Positions 62,191-64,000 of a stretch of 64,000 bases of DNA are shown piece after piece. How positions within the stretch are numbered: position 1 is the first letter of the stretch; each line of letters starts with the position of its first letter. Location of the stretch: assembly GCF_016863655.1 (NCBI RefSeq), contig NZ_BOPH01000083.1, positions 29,901 to 93,900 of the forward strand. The letters run 5' to 3'. A program made the position numbers and the translations under genes. Below the pieces are notes generated by a model. That model saw only the letters and a program-made list of their open reading frames with translations. It was not told the DNA's origin and did not search any database. The DNA comes from Virgisporangium ochraceum. Lineage in GTDB: Bacteria; Actinomycetota; Actinomycetes; Mycobacteriales; Micromonosporaceae.

Positions 62191-62772
62191 CTAGGTCCAG
62201 GCGCGGGCGGCCCGCTCGACCGTCGCGTGGCGGGTCGCCCAGAAGGCGGCGTCGCGGGGTGGTGCGGCGGCCGTCCGGCCGTCGAGGGTCTCGCGCAGGA
62301 TGTCGGCGTGTCCGGCGTGCCGGGTGGTCTCGGTGAGCAGGTGCACCAGCACCCCGAACAGCGTCACGTCGGGGCGCGGCCACCAGGGGACGTGGCCGGG
62401 CGCGTCCAGGGCAAGCGCGCCGACCGTCGCGTCGGAGTGGGCCCACACGCGGCGGTACCGGTCGACGATCTCCTCGCGGGTCTCCGTCCCGGTGGCCCAC
62501 AGGTCGGTGCCGCGCTGCCCGACGTCGTCCCAGCGGGGCAGGGGCTCGGGGAACGGCCGGTCGAAGACCTCGCCGAGGTACCGCGACTCCCAGAGTGCCA
62601 GGTGCTTCACCAGGCCCAGCAGGTTGGTTCCGGTGGGCGTCAGGGGCCGGCGCACGTCGTACTCGCCGAGGCCGTCGAGCGTCGCGACCATCTCCTTCCG
62701 CACGTCGGCCAGGTCGGTGTAGAGGTGGTCCTTGGCGGCCCTGGCCGCGTCGTCCAGCACGGGCCCGATCAT
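62191..62772 (-). CDS. DinB-family (DinB_2/DUF664) protein
   Basis: C-terminal 193 aa of ORF 62191..63129, from MIGPVLDD. His triad in a four-helix bundle (VKHLALWE...LVHLLTETTRHAGHADIL). Confidence 0.8.
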   Translation of the reverse strand: MIGPVLDDAARAAKDHLYTDLADVRKEMVATLDGLGEYDVRRPLTPTGTNLLGLVKHLALWESRYLGEVFDRPFPEPLPRWDDVGQRGTDLWATGTETREEIVDRYRRVWAHSDATVGALALDAPGHVPWWPRPDVTLFGVLVHLLTETTRHAGHADILRETLDGRTAAAPPRDAAFWATRHATVERAARAWT

Positions 62773-62790
62773 GCCCGTAGGGTCCGCGGC

Positions 62791-63174
62791 ATGGCAACGC
62801 ACTGGACGCTCGGCTGCGACGCGGCCGACCCGCACCTGCTCGCCCGGTTCTGGGCCCACGCGCTCGGCTACGTGCCGGAGCCCGGCTACGACGACCCCGA
62901 CGGTGCCTCGATCGTCGACCCGGACGGGAAGGGACCGGCGATCAGCTTCCTCCGGGTACCCGAGGGCAAGGTCGCCAAGAACCGGGTGCACGTCGACCTC
63001 CGGGTGGCGGGCGAACCGCCGTGGGACCCGGACGAACGCGAGCGGCTGGCCCGGGCGAAGGCGGCCGACCTCGTCGAGGCCGGTGCGACGGTGACCGGCG
63101 AACAGCTGTACGGCGGGCAGTTCGGCCACCTCGTGATGCGTGACCCGGAGGGCAACGAGTTCTGCGTGGCGTGA
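62791..63174 (+). CDS. VOC/glyoxalase-like-domain protein (paralog of 13864..14226)
   Basis: ATG at MATHWTLGCDAADPHLLARFW. The C-terminal PEGNEFCV is identical to that of the 13864 gene. Confidence 0.75.
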   Translation: MATHWTLGCDAADPHLLARFWAHALGYVPEPGYDDPDGASIVDPDGKGPAISFLRVPEGKVAKNRVHVDLRVAGEPPWDPDERERLARAKAADLVEAGATVTGEQLYGGQFGHLVMRDPEGNEFCVA

Positions 63175-63183
63175 GCCGGACGC

Positions 63184-64000
63184 TCAGCCGGTCCCCTTGA
63201 CGCTGCCCGTGACCTCGCCCTTGTCGTGCCAGGCGTAGCAGCGTACGTAGTGGTCGCCGCGGTTCCACACCCGTTGGCTGCCCAGCGAGGCCATGTAGCC
63301 GAGGCGGCTCGAGCCGGTGACGTAGCGGTCGATGACGTCGTAGCACTGCTTGTAGAGCCCGGAGCCCTTCGGGTCGGTGGGCCGCTGGGTACCGGGCACC
63401 TTGAACGCACCCGCGTACTCGGCGTCGTGCGGCTGGGTGCAGTCGGTGGGGTTCAGGTAGTCCCATCTGCCGTCCGACTGCAGGCCCACGGCGGTGAAGC
63501 AGCGACGGGCCACGGCCGCGTCGGCCTTCGCCAGGTTGCGGACGGTGCCGCGGCGCCGGGAGACGGCGTCGGAGGTGTTGACGGTCTCCATCAGGTCGCA
63601 CCGGAACCACCGGCCGCCGCCCTCCCACTGCAGCGACGACGGGACGGTGACGCCGAGCCCGACCCGGGCGTCGAACCACTGCCCGCCCAGGAACTCGACC
63701 GCGAGGCCCTCGCACGCCTCGAAGAGGCGCACGTAGTCGGCGCTGCCCTCGCTCGGGCTGGCGGTCAGGGCGTCCGGGACCTGCCCGACGTGGAACGTCT
63801 CGATCGTGTGCGCCTCGTCGCACGAGATCGGTGGCCGCGTCACGGTGTTGGTCTCGTAGATGAACCGCACCGGCGCGTCGTGGCAGCCGACGCCCGGCAC
63901 CTTCGCCTTCGCGTCGACCATCGCCGTCCAGTCGTCGACGAGGTCGCCGTCACCCGGTGTGCCGCAGCCACCCACCGTCACCGTGATGACCGCAGCGACG
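63184..64000 (-). CDS. septum-formation-family secreted or lipoprotein (Cys-rich), 5' end beyond window
   Basis: ORF 63184..63981 stays open to the window edge (…AAVITVTVGGCGTPGDGD suggests a lipobox). Carries conserved Cys pairs and W/H motifs. Confidence 0.55.
   Translation of the reverse strand, partial: VAAVITVTVGGCGTPGDGDLVDDWTAMVDAKAKVPGVGCHDAPVRFIYETNTVTRPPISCDEAHTIETFHVGQVPDALTASPSEGSADYVRLFEACEGLAVEFLGGQWFDARVGLGVTVPSSLQWEGGGRWFRCDLMETVNTSDAVSRRRGTVRNLAKADAAVARRCFTAVGLQSDGRWDYLNPTDCTQPHDAEYAGAFKVPGTQRPTDPKGSGLYKQCYDVIDRYVTGSSRLGYMASLGSQRVWNRGDHYVRCYAWHDKGEVTGSVKGTG

Overview
This is a high-GC (~73% G+C) actinomycete chromosomal segment, with codon usage resembling Streptomyces or Micromonospora. 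It is densely coding on both strands: about 73 protein-coding genes, many with 4-bp start/stop overlaps. I found no rRNA, tRNA, CRISPR array, transposase or integrase. At this GC content the six-frame track is full of long Arg/Pro/Ala-rich artefact ORFs, so genes were called from protein plausibility and recognisable families, and coordinates were derived from ORF-table arithmetic. The region is core or accessory-like chromosome enriched for stress, detoxification and small-molecule functions. Recognisable genes: a solitary modA; a secreted AA10 LPMO with a chitin-binding module; a furA-katG operon; Pmt mannosyltransferase; an OmpR/HisK two-component pair; a standalone prepilin peptidase; MFS/LysR, PadR/GlxA and HxlR/AhpD-like pairs; two ArsR-SRPBCC modules; five VOC/glyoxalase genes; OsmC, RidA, DinB, NUDIX, MBL, IMPase and erythromycin-esterase-like genes; and an S9 peptidase. 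The most system-like locus is a three-gene operon: an NfeD/YqiJ-like membrane protein, a YqiK-type SPFH/flotillin, and a 1567-aa protein with a C-terminal AAA+ (MoxR/dynein-like) ATPase. The most unusual sequence-level signal is a 13-bp perfect palindrome, GTCCACWGTGGAC, made of two inverted, overlapping actinobacterial DnaA-box-like half-sites (TGTCCACA). It occurs three times perfectly and at least five more times with one mismatch, always inside coding sequence and in different reading frames. Other points: a wHTH / alpha-beta hydrolase / class-III cyclase fusion regulator; a 990-aa membrane-anchored glycoside-hydrolase-like protein; several decayed genes (one frameshifted, one truncated, one lacking its HTH); GC-rich hairpin terminators between convergent genes; and a perfect 16-bp ArsR operator palindrome.
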